DNA of 58,377 bases from Candidatus Odoribacter faecigallinarum (GTDB lineage: Bacteria > Bacteroidota > Bacteroidia > Bacteroidales > Marinifilaceae): the NCBI GenBank assembly GCA_019114285.1, contig DXFT01000021.1, forward strand, positions 1-58,377, read 5' to 3'. This document shows positions 38,499-47,927 of this stretch, one piece after another. How positions within the stretch are numbered: the first letter of the stretch is position 1; each line of letters begins with the position of its first letter. Made by a program: the position numbers and the translations under genes. The notes under the pieces are model-generated. The model was not told the origin of the DNA, searched no databases, and saw only the letters and a list, made by a program, of their open reading frames with translations.

Positions 38499-39884
38499 AT
38501 GACAGAAAATGACCATTTTAAGCAAATGACGACGGCTCCGGTTCCCGGTTTGGTTGCTTCGCTGGCAATACCGACTATCATCAGTATGTTGGTCTCTTCT
38601 TTTTATAATATGGCTGATACCTATTTTGTCGGGAAGATTAATACGCAATCAACTGCGGCGGTAGGCATTACTTTCTCTGTCATGTCTGTCATCCAGGCAG
38701 TGGGTTTCTTCTTTGGCCATGGTTCCGGTAATTTTATTTCACGAAAACTTGGGGCGCGGGAGTTCGGGCAGGCAGAACGGATGGCTTCCATCGGATTTTT
38801 CAGTGCTTTGTTCGTTGGAGTAGTTCTGGCGATTGCGGGGTGGTTGTTTCTGACCCCTTTGTCTAAAATGTTGGGCTCGACGCCGACTATTTTGCCTTAT
38901 ACGGAGAAGTATTTAGGAATTATTTTGTTGGGGGCTCCTTTTATGACGGCTTCGTTGGTTTTAAATAATCAAATCCGTTTTCAAGGCAATGCGGTTTATG
39001 CCATGGTCGGGATTGTGGCTGGGGCGGTGACTAATGTGGCATTGGACCCTTTGTTTATTTTTACTTTGGGGATGGGCATTTCGGGTGCAGCCTTGGCAAC
39101 TGTCATTAGCCAGGTTTGCAGCTTTTTCCTGCTGCTTTATATGACGCACAAAGGGGGGAATATCCGGATTCATTATCGGAATTTTAAACCTACGTTGGCT
39201 TATTTGAGGGAAATTGTGAATGGAGGAAGCCCTTCGCTTTGCCGCCAGGGACTTGCCTGTACGGCATCAATATTTTTGAATGTGGCGGCGGGCAGGTTTG
39301 GAGATGCTGCCATTGCAGGCATGTCGATTGTGACACGTATCAGCATGTTTATAAATGCTTTCTTGATTGGTTTCGGTCAAGGTTTCCAGCCGGTGTGTGG
39401 TTTTAATTACGGAGCGGGGTTGTTCCGGCGGGTGAGGGAGGGGTTTTGGTTTTGCGTGAAGGTCGGCTTTGTCTTTTTGCTTGTGGCGGCGGCGTTGGGG
39501 ATGTTGTTCGCTCCAGAGGTGGTGGCGGTATTTCGGAAGGGTGACCCTGAGGTTATTGCGGTGGGTTCTGCCGCATTGAGGTGGCAGGTCATAACTTTGC
39601 CTTTAGGGGCATGGATTATCATGAGCAACATGATGTTGCAGACCATCCGGAAAACAGGCAGGGCAACCTTGCTGGCTTCTGCCAGGCAAGGTTTGTTTTT
39701 TATCCCGTTGATTTTCATTTTGCCTTGTTTTTTGGGCTTGAAAGGGGTGGAAATGTGCCAGGCTATGGCAGATTTGCTGTCTTTTTTGTTGGCAGTTCCT
39801 TTGACATATAGTGTTTTGAAGGAATTGAAAACGGACCGTGTGTCCGTGTCGTTAGTGAGTGATAGTATTAGAAACAAAATGTAG
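38499..39884 (+). CDS. MATE family efflux transporter
   Basis: LAIPTIISML, YNMADTYFVG, LDPLFIF..GISGAALAT, QPVCGFNYGA. Confidence 0.92.
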   Translation: MTENDHFKQMTTAPVPGLVASLAIPTIISMLVSSFYNMADTYFVGKINTQSTAAVGITFSVMSVIQAVGFFFGHGSGNFISRKLGAREFGQAERMASIGFFSALFVGVVLAIAGWLFLTPLSKMLGSTPTILPYTEKYLGIILLGAPFMTASLVLNNQIRFQGNAVYAMVGIVAGAVTNVALDPLFIFTLGMGISGAALATVISQVCSFFLLLYMTHKGGNIRIHYRNFKPTLAYLREIVNGGSPSLCRQGLACTASIFLNVAAGRFGDAAIAGMSIVTRISMFINAFLIGFGQGFQPVCGFNYGAGLFRRVREGFWFCVKVGFVFLLVAAALGMLFAPEVVAVFRKGDPEVIAVGSAALRWQVITLPLGAWIIMSNMMLQTIRKTGRATLLASARQGLFFIPLIFILPCFLGLKGVEMCQAMADLLSFLLAVPLTYSVLKELKTDRVSVSLVSDSIRNKM

Positions 39885-39887
39885 TAT

Positions 39888-42125
39888 ATGGAAACAGTTT
39901 ATTTAGGAATCATCGTTTTTCTTTTTTTGTTGGCGATTTTTGATTTGGTCGTAGGAGTCAGCAATGATGCGGTTAATTTTTTAAATTCGGCTATTGGCGC
40001 CAAGGCGGCATCTTTCCGGACAATTATTATTGTTGCAGCGATAGGGATTTTTTGCGGGGCGACAATGAGTAATGGAATGATGGATATCGCACGGCATGGT
40101 ATTTTCCAGCCTGAGGCTTTTTATTTCAATGAGTTGATGTGCATTTTCCTTGCCGTCATGGTGACGGATGTTGTTTTGTTGGATATATTCAATACGTTGG
40201 GCATGCCGACTTCGACGACGGTTTCCATGGTATTTGAATTGTTAGGCGGAACTTTTGCCTTGGCATTGGTTAAGATTGCCACGGGACCGGATGGCCTGAC
40301 TTTTGCAGAATTATTGAATACGGAAAAGGCATTGACAGTGATATTGGCTATTTTCCTTTCTGTGGCGGTGGCTTTTACGTTTGGCGTGTTGGTGCAATAC
40401 ATTTCGCGTGTCGTGTTTACTTTCGGGTATAAGTCAAAATTGAAATGGACGATTGGCATTTTTGGGGGGATTGCAGTGACCTCCATCATTTATTTTATGT
40501 TGATACAAGGCTTGAAGGATGCTTCTTTTGTCACGGCGGAAAACAAAGCCTGGGTGAATGAGCATACGGGACAATTGGTGTTGGGATGTTTTATCTTTTT
40601 TACGGTTTTGATGCAAGTGCTCCATTGGTTGAAGGTGAATGTTTTCCGGGTGATTGTTTTGTTGGGCACGTTTGCCTTGGCGATGGCATTTGCGGGAAAT
40701 GATTTGGTCAATTTTGTCGGTGTTCCTTTGGCAGGTTTTTCCAGTTATACGGATTACATTGCCAATGGGAATGGTGACCCGAACGGTTTTCTGATGGGGT
40801 CATTGAATGAATCGGCAAAGACACCGTTTATCTTTTTGTTGTTGTCTGGGGTGGTGATGGTGATTGCCTTGATGACTTCCAAGAAGGCGCAAAACGTTAT
40901 TAAGACCTCTGTTGATTTGTCCCGTCAGGACGAGGGGGAGGAAATGTTCGGGTCTTCGGCTATAGCGCGGAGCCTGGTGCGTTTCTTTACCAATGTCAAT
41001 AACGGCATGTCTAAAATCATGCCGGAACGTTTAAAGGTATGGCTGAATTCCCGTTTTAATAAGGATGAGATGATTATTGAGCGTGGAGCGGCTTTTGATT
41101 TGGTGCGTGCCTCGGTGAATTTGGTTTTGGGGGGATTATTGATAGCTTTAGGAACTTCGTTGAAATTGCCGTTATCTACGACGTATGTGGCTTTCATGGT
41201 AGCGATGGGGTCTTCGCTTGCCGACCGTGCGTGGGGGAGGGAAAGCGCTGTTTTCCGCGTGACCGGTGTTTTGTCGGTGATTGGAGGATGGTTTATCACG
41301 GCGGGTGCCGCTTTCATTATTTGTTTCTTCGTTACCTTGATAATGTATTATGGCGGGATTATTGCCATGATGGCCATGATTGTCGTGGCGGCAGTGATTT
41401 TGGTAAGGAGCAACAAGCACTACCGCAAGAAAATCAGTTTGGAGCGTAAGGACGATTTGTTCCAGCGTTTGATTGCTTCCCGTGATAAGGCTGAAATATG
41501 GCAATTGTTGCGTTTGCATGTGCGGGAGAATTTGGCTAAAGTGCTTGACTTTGCCGACCGGACTTACCTGCAGATGACGGACGGCTTTATTCAGGAAGAT
41601 TTGAAAAGTTTGCGGAAAGCTGTGTCTGCTGTGAATGACGAGAAGGATATTTTGAAGAAAATACGCCGTAAGGAAACACTTGGCATGCGCCGGATTAACC
41701 GCGATCTGGCTATCGAGAAGAATACGTGGTTCCATTTGGGGAGCAATAGCAGCGAGCAGATGATGTATTGCCTGAAGCGGATATGTGAACCTTGCAAGGA
41801 ACATGTGGATAATAACTTCAATCCTCTTTCCAAGGCGTCAGCACAAGAGTTCCTGCCCATGCGCGATGTATTGCTTGCGCTCTTGGAGCAGACAAAAGGC
41901 ATCATCGCTTCCGGTGATTACACGGAAGCAGACACGGTGTTGAGCAAAGGCGAGGCATTGAAAAATCAGTTCTCCCATTTGCATAAAGTTCAATTGGAGA
42001 AAATGCAGGATGGGAATGAGAGTATCAAACTGTCGCTTGTTTATTTGAATCTCTTGCAGGAATCACAGGAATTGGTCAGCATTATGCGCCACATGCTCCG
42101 TGCAAGCAAGAAGTTCCAGAATTAG
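39888..42125 (+). CDS. Inorganic phosphate transporter (PiT/PHO4 family) with helical PhoU-like C-terminus
   Basis: GVSNDAVN and AGNDLVN repeats, GMPTSTT, LPLSTT. Confidence 0.88.
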   Translation: METVYLGIIVFLFLLAIFDLVVGVSNDAVNFLNSAIGAKAASFRTIIIVAAIGIFCGATMSNGMMDIARHGIFQPEAFYFNELMCIFLAVMVTDVVLLDIFNTLGMPTSTTVSMVFELLGGTFALALVKIATGPDGLTFAELLNTEKALTVILAIFLSVAVAFTFGVLVQYISRVVFTFGYKSKLKWTIGIFGGIAVTSIIYFMLIQGLKDASFVTAENKAWVNEHTGQLVLGCFIFFTVLMQVLHWLKVNVFRVIVLLGTFALAMAFAGNDLVNFVGVPLAGFSSYTDYIANGNGDPNGFLMGSLNESAKTPFIFLLLSGVVMVIALMTSKKAQNVIKTSVDLSRQDEGEEMFGSSAIARSLVRFFTNVNNGMSKIMPERLKVWLNSRFNKDEMIIERGAAFDLVRASVNLVLGGLLIALGTSLKLPLSTTYVAFMVAMGSSLADRAWGRESAVFRVTGVLSVIGGWFITAGAAFIICFFVTLIMYYGGIIAMMAMIVVAAVILVRSNKHYRKKISLERKDDLFQRLIASRDKAEIWQLLRLHVRENLAKVLDFADRTYLQMTDGFIQEDLKSLRKAVSAVNDEKDILKKIRRKETLGMRRINRDLAIEKNTWFHLGSNSSEQMMYCLKRICEPCKEHVDNNFNPLSKASAQEFLPMRDVLLALLEQTKGIIASGDYTEADTVLSKGEALKNQFSHLHKVQLEKMQDGNESIKLSLVYLNLLQESQELVSIMRHMLRASKKFQN

Positions 42126-42182
42126 TAGGTTGGCGGGGTGGTTCTTTTTATGGAGTCGGGTTTTATTTGAAAGTAAAAAATT

Positions 42183-43850
42183 ATGGAATGGTTTCATGAA
42201 TTGCTGTTTGGGTCAGGTATCGGACATTCGATTTTATTGCTGGCAGTGGTTATTTTTGCCGGCATTCTTTTGGGAAAAATAAAGATTGCCGGTATCTCTT
42301 TGGGGATAACTTGGATTTTGTTTGTGGGGATTATCCTGAGTCATTTCAATATGCGAATGGATCCCCAGGCATTGCATTTCTTGAAAGAATTTGGCTTGAT
42401 ACTTTTTGTTTATTCGGTGGGTTTGCAAGTCGGGCCCGGTTTCTTTTCTTCCTTCAAAAAAGGCGGGATGACGTTGAACATGCTGGCGGTGCTGATCGTG
42501 TTGTTAGGGGTGGTGACGACGTATGTCATTTTTGTCATTACGGATTTGCCCATTACGACAATGGTCGGTATCCTTTCGGGGGCGGTTACGAATACGCCGG
42601 GTTTGGGAGCTGCCCAGCAGGCTTATTATGATATGACAGGCAACGAAGGCTCTGCCATTGCCATGGGATATGCCGTCGCTTATCCTTTGGGGGTTATAGG
42701 GATTATTCTTGCCATGTTGGTGATTCGTTATTTATTCAGGATTAAGTTGGACAAGGAAACCGAAGCAGCCCGGAATCGTGCCGAGGAGAAAATGAATCGT
42801 GCCACCCATGTGTCCCTGCTCCTTAAAAATCCGGCTTTGTTCGGCAAGGAGGTGGCTGATATTGTGAGGCTGATCGATAAGAGGTTGGTTATTTCCCGGG
42901 TATGGCATGAGAAGGAAGGGTTGGAAATCGCCTATACTTATACCCGCTTGCAACCGGGGGACAAGCTTTTTGTTATCGCTGCGGAGCAAGATATTGATTC
43001 CATTGTTGCTTTCATTGGGGAAAGAATCGACATGGAGCGTTCGGAATGGGAGCATTTGGATGCGAATCTGGTATCCAGGCGCATTCTGATTACCCGTTCG
43101 GAAATAAATGGGAAATCTTTGGGACAATTGCACATCCGGGAAGGCTATGGGGTTAATATTACGCGGGTGAACCGTGCCGGTGTGGATTTGGTGGCAACCC
43201 CGGGGTTGGAATTGCAGATGGGGGACCGGGTGACGGTTGTCGGTGCAGAGAAGAACATTGCGAATGTGGAAAAACTTTTGGGAAATTCACTGCGCCGTTT
43301 GCGGGAGCCGAACCTTGTGCCGATATTCCTTGGCATAGCTTTGGGTATATTATTGGGCAGCATCCCGTTTGTCTTTCCGGGCATTCCCCAGCCTGTCAAA
43401 TTAGGATTGGCGGGAGGTCCTTTGATTGTTGCCATATTAATCAGTCGCTTTGGTCCCCATCTTAAATTGGTTACCTATACGACTATGAGCGCCAATCTGA
43501 TGTTGCGTGAGGTGGGTATATCGCTTTTCCTGGCTTGTGTGGGCTTGGATGCCGGTGCTGGTTTTGTCGATACCGTGATGAACGGCGGTCTGGCATGGGT
43601 GGGTTACGGATTTATCATCACGTTTTTGCCTTTGATGATTGTCGGGATATTCGCCCGTTGGTTCTATAAGATGAATTATTTCACTTTGATGGGACTGATT
43701 GCCGGCAGTACGACTGATCCGCCTGCCTTGGCTTATTCCAACGGGGTGGCAGGGAATGATTTGCCTTCCGTGAGTTATGCGACTGTTTATCCCCTTGTGA
43801 TGTTTTTACGGGTATTAACAGCCCAATTGCTTGTTTTGATGTTGTTATAG
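42183..43850 (+). CDS. AspT/YidE/YbjL family antiporter with TrkA-C domains
   Basis: [41 protein letters not shown]. Confidence 0.88.
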   Translation: MEWFHELLFGSGIGHSILLLAVVIFAGILLGKIKIAGISLGITWILFVGIILSHFNMRMDPQALHFLKEFGLILFVYSVGLQVGPGFFSSFKKGGMTLNMLAVLIVLLGVVTTYVIFVITDLPITTMVGILSGAVTNTPGLGAAQQAYYDMTGNEGSAIAMGYAVAYPLGVIGIILAMLVIRYLFRIKLDKETEAARNRAEEKMNRATHVSLLLKNPALFGKEVADIVRLIDKRLVISRVWHEKEGLEIAYTYTRLQPGDKLFVIAAEQDIDSIVAFIGERIDMERSEWEHLDANLVSRRILITRSEINGKSLGQLHIREGYGVNITRVNRAGVDLVATPGLELQMGDRVTVVGAEKNIANVEKLLGNSLRRLREPNLVPIFLGIALGILLGSIPFVFPGIPQPVKLGLAGGPLIVAILISRFGPHLKLVTYTTMSANLMLREVGISLFLACVGLDAGAGFVDTVMNGGLAWVGYGFIITFLPLMIVGIFARWFYKMNYFTLMGLIAGSTTDPPALAYSNGVAGNDLPSVSYATVYPLVMFLRVLTAQLLVLMLL

Positions 43851-43881
43851 TGTATATTTGCAGGAAGGTAAATTGAGAATT

Positions 43882-44679
43882 ATGTCTTTTGGTATAGCAG
43901 ATTTGAGCATTATTCCGATGCGCCGGGAACAGTCGGAGCGGAGCGAAATGGTATCGCAGATTCTTTTTGGGGAATTGTATGAAGTTTTGGAGATAGGAGA
44001 AAAATGGGTATATGTACGCCTTTTGCATGACGGTTACGAAGGGTGGATTGACCGCAAGATGCTCCTTCCTGTGACGGAAGAATATGCCGTCCGTTATCAG
44101 ATGGAAAGGCAGCAACTTGCCACGGGGACTTTTCATATTGTCCAGAAAAAGGGGGATTGGGGAAACCAATTGATTGTGCCGGGCAGTGTTTTCCCTTTCT
44201 GGGATGCTGAGACAAAAACCATGCAGGTAGGCGACCGGCATTATCTGTTGGTTTCCAAGCAAAGGGAATTGGCGGGAGGGAATGTGCGTGACCTGTTGAT
44301 ATCCGCAGCTTTGATGTATTATAACGCCCCTTATCTTTGGGGAGGACGTTCCCTGTACGGGATAGATTGTTCCGGGCTGGCGCAAATGGCATATCGCCTT
44401 GCCGGCATAGATATGCCCCGGGATGCTTCCCAGCAGGCTGTTTTGGGGGAGTTGCTTTCCTTTTTGGAGGAAGCGTTGCCGGGCGACCTGGCTTTTTTTG
44501 GTGATGATGCGGGCGCCATAACCCACGTCGGCATCCTGTGGGGGCATGGGAGGATTATTCATGCTTCCGGGAGGGTCCGGGTGGATAGAATCGACCATCA
44601 GGGAATCTTTAATGAAGAATTGAAACGTTACACGCATAATTTGAAATTGATAAAGCGGATAATACAAGGCAATTCATAA
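43882..44679 (+). CDS. NlpC/P60 (C40) peptidase with N-terminal SH3-like domain
   Basis: PYLWGG, GIDCSG, PRDASQQ, PGDLAFF, HVGI, IHAS. Confidence 0.92.
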   Translation: MSFGIADLSIIPMRREQSERSEMVSQILFGELYEVLEIGEKWVYVRLLHDGYEGWIDRKMLLPVTEEYAVRYQMERQQLATGTFHIVQKKGDWGNQLIVPGSVFPFWDAETKTMQVGDRHYLLVSKQRELAGGNVRDLLISAALMYYNAPYLWGGRSLYGIDCSGLAQMAYRLAGIDMPRDASQQAVLGELLSFLEEALPGDLAFFGDDAGAITHVGILWGHGRIIHASGRVRVDRIDHQGIFNEELKRYTHNLKLIKRIIQGNS

Positions 44680-44693
44680 TAATTTTTCAGGAA

Positions 44694-46937
44694 ATGTCAG
44701 AAATTGCGCCTTTAATATCAGATTTGGCAACTATCTTAATTGTTGCCGGTTGTGTGACCATCCTTTTCAGATGGTTGAAGCAACCCGTCATATTGGGCTA
44801 TATCGTTGCCGGCTTGTTTACCGGCCCGGCACTGAGTTTTTTCCCGACGGTTTCAGACACCGCCAATATCAAGATTTGGGCGGATATAGGTGTCATTTTC
44901 CTTTTGTTTGCCATGGGGCTGGACTTTTCCTTCAAAAAATTGCTGAACGTGGGATTGAGTGCCGTGATGGCGACTTTGACCATTGTGTGCGGGATGATGT
45001 TTCTGGGATATACGGCAGGGAATCTGATGGGATTTTCACATATCAGTTGCATATTTTTGGGAGGGATGCTGTCCATGTCTTCAACGGCTATAGTCTTCAA
45101 GGCTTTCAATGACATGAACCTCCTCCAGCAAAAATTCACGGGAATAGTCTTGGGCATTCTGGTGGTGGAGGATCTTGTCGCCGTCGTGATGCTGGTCATT
45201 TTGTCCACATTGGCGGTCAGCCAGCATTTTGAAGGAGGGGCATTGGCTGGGAGCATATTGAAGTTGGGGGCATTCCTCATCTTCTGGTCGGTCCTGGGCA
45301 TTTACCTGCTGCCGACATTGCTGAACAAGATTCGCCGTTTCGTCACGAATGAAATCCTGTTAATAGCCTCCTTGGGCTTGTGCCTCTTGATGGTGATGAT
45401 TGCAGTCAGGGCGGGTTTTTCCTCAGCCTTGGGGGCATTTGTCATGGGGTCCCTGCTGGCGGAAACTGTTGAGGGCGAAAAAATCAGCCAGGTGGTGCAG
45501 CCTGTCAAAGACTTTTTTGCAGCCATATTTTTTGTTTCAGTGGGTATGATGATAGACCCCGGCGTCATCTGGGAATACATCGTGCCCATCCTTGTCCTGA
45601 CCCTCCTTGTCCTGGTCGGGCAAATCTTTTTCGCGACTTGCGGCGTATTGCTTTCCGGCCAGCCCCTGAAGATTGCCATGCAATCCGGTTTCTCGCTCAC
45701 CCAGGTCGGGGAATTTTCCTTCATCATCGCTTCCCTTGGAGTATCCCTGAAGGTGACGGACGACTTCCTTTATCCGGTCATCGTTGCGGTGTCCGTTATA
45801 ACGACTTTCCTTACCCCTTACATGATACGCTTCTCCGCTCCTGCTTACGATTGGACGGAAAAACACCTGCCGGCAGGAATTAAAGGCATTTTGGCGCGTT
45901 ACGCTGCGGGTTCCTTGTCCGTCCGCCACCAGACCGATTGGAACCGTTTGATTCGCTCCATGTTTGGCAGCGTGGTGGTTTATCTGGTGATTTGCATTGC
46001 GTTCATCGCCTTGTTCTTTTCCCAGGCCTATCCTTTCATCGAAGCCCATTTGCCGGGAATGAAAGGCAAAGTGCTGGGCGCCTTGCTTTTGCTTGGCGTG
46101 CTTTCCCCTTTGTTGTGGGCAATGATTATGAAGAAAAACCATTCTCCCGAGTTCCAGAAACTTTGGACGGACAGCCGCGTGAACCGGGGGGCTTTGGTCT
46201 CCCTGGTCCTGATTAAAATCATGCTTTGCGTGGTCATAGTGATGAGCGTGGTCGTGAAACTGTTTAATGTGGCATTGGGGTTGGGACTCTTGATTTCCCT
46301 GCTCCTGGTGGCGGTCATTTACTTCTCCAAATGGATTCGCAGGCGCTCCCGCCTTATCGAGGAGCGATTTGTGGAAAACTTCCAGGGCACGGGCAGCCAG
46401 TCCGGCGGAAACTTGTCCGCCCAGTTAAGGGAAGAAAGTCCGTTGGCAAACTTGCATACTGCCGACTTTGTCGTGAGCCCAGCCTCCGTATATGTGGGCA
46501 AAACATTGAAGGAATCCGCTTTCCGGACCCTCTTCCGGATTAACATTATCTCAATTGAGCGCGGGGAAGATAAAATAAACATCCCCGAAGGGATTGAAAT
46601 GCTTTATCCGTATGACAAAATCACGGTCGTCGGAACGGATGACGATTTAGGGGCATTCAGGCAGGCATTGGAAGAAAAGCAAGCATGCGCGGAGCCCCGT
46701 GGAAAGGCTTCCACAACGGGCATGAAGATTAAAAACGTCTGCTTGGACGCAGCCTCTTCCGTGATAGGCAAGACCATACGCGAAATAAAGTCGGAAAACC
46801 TCATCATCCTGGGCATTGAACGCAATGGCGCCGTAATGATGAATCCCTCTCCTGCGCTCTCCTTCCGGGAAGGCGATGTGGTTTGGATGGTGGGCAAAGA
46901 GGGGGTTGAGGACCAATTCCTGGCTCGCTGCCAATAA
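44694..46937 (+). CDS. Cation:proton antiporter (CPA2) with C-terminal TrkA-C domains
   Basis: KQPVILGYI, SMSSTAI, LVVED, FFVSVGM, QVGEFSFIIA. Confidence 0.9.
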   Translation: MSEIAPLISDLATILIVAGCVTILFRWLKQPVILGYIVAGLFTGPALSFFPTVSDTANIKIWADIGVIFLLFAMGLDFSFKKLLNVGLSAVMATLTIVCGMMFLGYTAGNLMGFSHISCIFLGGMLSMSSTAIVFKAFNDMNLLQQKFTGIVLGILVVEDLVAVVMLVILSTLAVSQHFEGGALAGSILKLGAFLIFWSVLGIYLLPTLLNKIRRFVTNEILLIASLGLCLLMVMIAVRAGFSSALGAFVMGSLLAETVEGEKISQVVQPVKDFFAAIFFVSVGMMIDPGVIWEYIVPILVLTLLVLVGQIFFATCGVLLSGQPLKIAMQSGFSLTQVGEFSFIIASLGVSLKVTDDFLYPVIVAVSVITTFLTPYMIRFSAPAYDWTEKHLPAGIKGILARYAAGSLSVRHQTDWNRLIRSMFGSVVVYLVICIAFIALFFSQAYPFIEAHLPGMKGKVLGALLLLGVLSPLLWAMIMKKNHSPEFQKLWTDSRVNRGALVSLVLIKIMLCVVIVMSVVVKLFNVALGLGLLISLLLVAVIYFSKWIRRRSRLIEERFVENFQGTGSQSGGNLSAQLREESPLANLHTADFVVSPASVYVGKTLKESAFRTLFRINIISIERGEDKINIPEGIEMLYPYDKITVVGTDDDLGAFRQALEEKQACAEPRGKASTTGMKIKNVCLDAASSVIGKTIREIKSENLIILGIERNGAVMMNPSPALSFREGDVVWMVGKEGVEDQFLARCQ

Positions 46938-46946
46938 CTTTCGGGG

Positions 46947-47564
46947 TTATAGCATTTCCTTTGTGGCAGGACCGCAGCAAAAGAGCATGTCCAATATGCT
47001 GAGGTCGGGGACAAAGGGAGTCCGGTCGCAAAATACCTGGCGGTAAGGACGTACGGGAAATCCCATGTTTTCTGCTCCCTGTCCCTTTTTAGGATGGATG
47101 GCGTCCCGTAAGTCCGTATATCCCGGCGTTCCTGCCGGGACGTAATCCGTGGTGAGCAAAATTTCCTTCCCGATGCCCAGCATCTTTAGCAGGGCATTGA
47201 GAATGCCTTGGTTCAAATCCAGAAGGAAAGCCTCCCGTTTCCGGAAAAAAGGTTCGATGTCATCAATATAATACTCGTAATAGGGTGAATTTTTATATGC
47301 CGATTCAATGCCTTTGAAATGCAGTTTCTGCCAAGGCGTGGCGTACGTGATTTTCAAGTCTTTCGTCAGCGTCTTGCTGTTGGCTTTCACTACAGGCACT
47401 GTCAGTGCCAGCACTCCGTTGGCAGCCATGATGTTGCACCGGTTCCTGTAACTCTGTTTCCCAAAGTTTTCATATTGTTCGATGGTGACCTGCGTTGCCT
47501 GCGTGATGGCGGAAAAATAAGAAATGGGGGGGAAATAAGCTGTTGTCAATAAAAGGTTATTCAT
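46947..47564 (-). CDS. WbqC-like family protein
   Basis: YFPPISY, KQSYRNRC, LTVPV, AYKNSPYY, Y.Q.F, LSILDMLF. Confidence 0.85.
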   Translation of the reverse strand: MNNLLLTTAYFPPISYFSAITQATQVTIEQYENFGKQSYRNRCNIMAANGVLALTVPVVKANSKTLTKDLKITYATPWQKLHFKGIESAYKNSPYYEYYIDDIEPFFRKREAFLLDLNQGILNALLKMLGIGKEILLTTDYVPAGTPGYTDLRDAIHPKKGQGAENMGFPVRPYRQVFCDRTPFVPDLSILDMLFCCGPATKEML

Positions 47565-47596
47565 TTCTTCTGGTTTTCTTATGGGTAAATTCCTTG

Positions 47597-47628
47597 CAAA
47601 TGTATGTATTTTATTTTTTATTTCCAAA
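47597..47628 (-). promoter_or_regulatory. Consensus promoter upstream of the WbqC-like gene
   Basis: Minus strand TTTG, 20 nt, TACATTTG. Confidence 0.7.
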
Positions 47629-47655
47629 TGAATTGCTTGTTATTTCCATCTATAG

Positions 47656-47765
47656 AAGGAGATGATAAGGAGATGACAAGGAAATAAGAAGGGAATAAGA
47701 TGGAGATAACCAGAAAAAAGGCATAAGAAAATCACAAGGAATCCATAAGGAACAAGGAAGGAAAG
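47656..47765. repeat. 11-bp-periodic purine-rich array
   Basis: AAGGAGATGAT AAGGAGATGAC AAGGAAATAAG AAGGGAATAAG ATGGAGATAAC; second phase with AAG at 47725, 47736, 47747, 47758. Confidence 0.8.
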
Positions 47766-47927
47766 CATGGGCTTCATAAAAATTTAATTGTTAAAATTGC
47801 TTGGAGGTGTTGGCGGTTAAAAAAAAATGTGTTATCTTTCGATTGCTAAAGGAAGGTGGAAGTGCGAAGGGGATGAGGGGGAGGGAGACGGGATGGTTTG
47901 GCGAAGGGTTAACAAAATAGAGATATT

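Noticed and set aside
21522-47627. 5'-extended starts in the ORF track (21522, 28510, 32028, 35982, 38415, 43858, 47627; also 8526 and 20426)
   Set aside because: Extensions run through promoter boxes, hairpins or neighbouring genes; downstream ATGs match family N-termini
5050-47765. CRISPR interpretation of the periodic arrays
   Set aside because: Units are 7 or 11 bp, tandem, without unique spacers, and no cas genes are present
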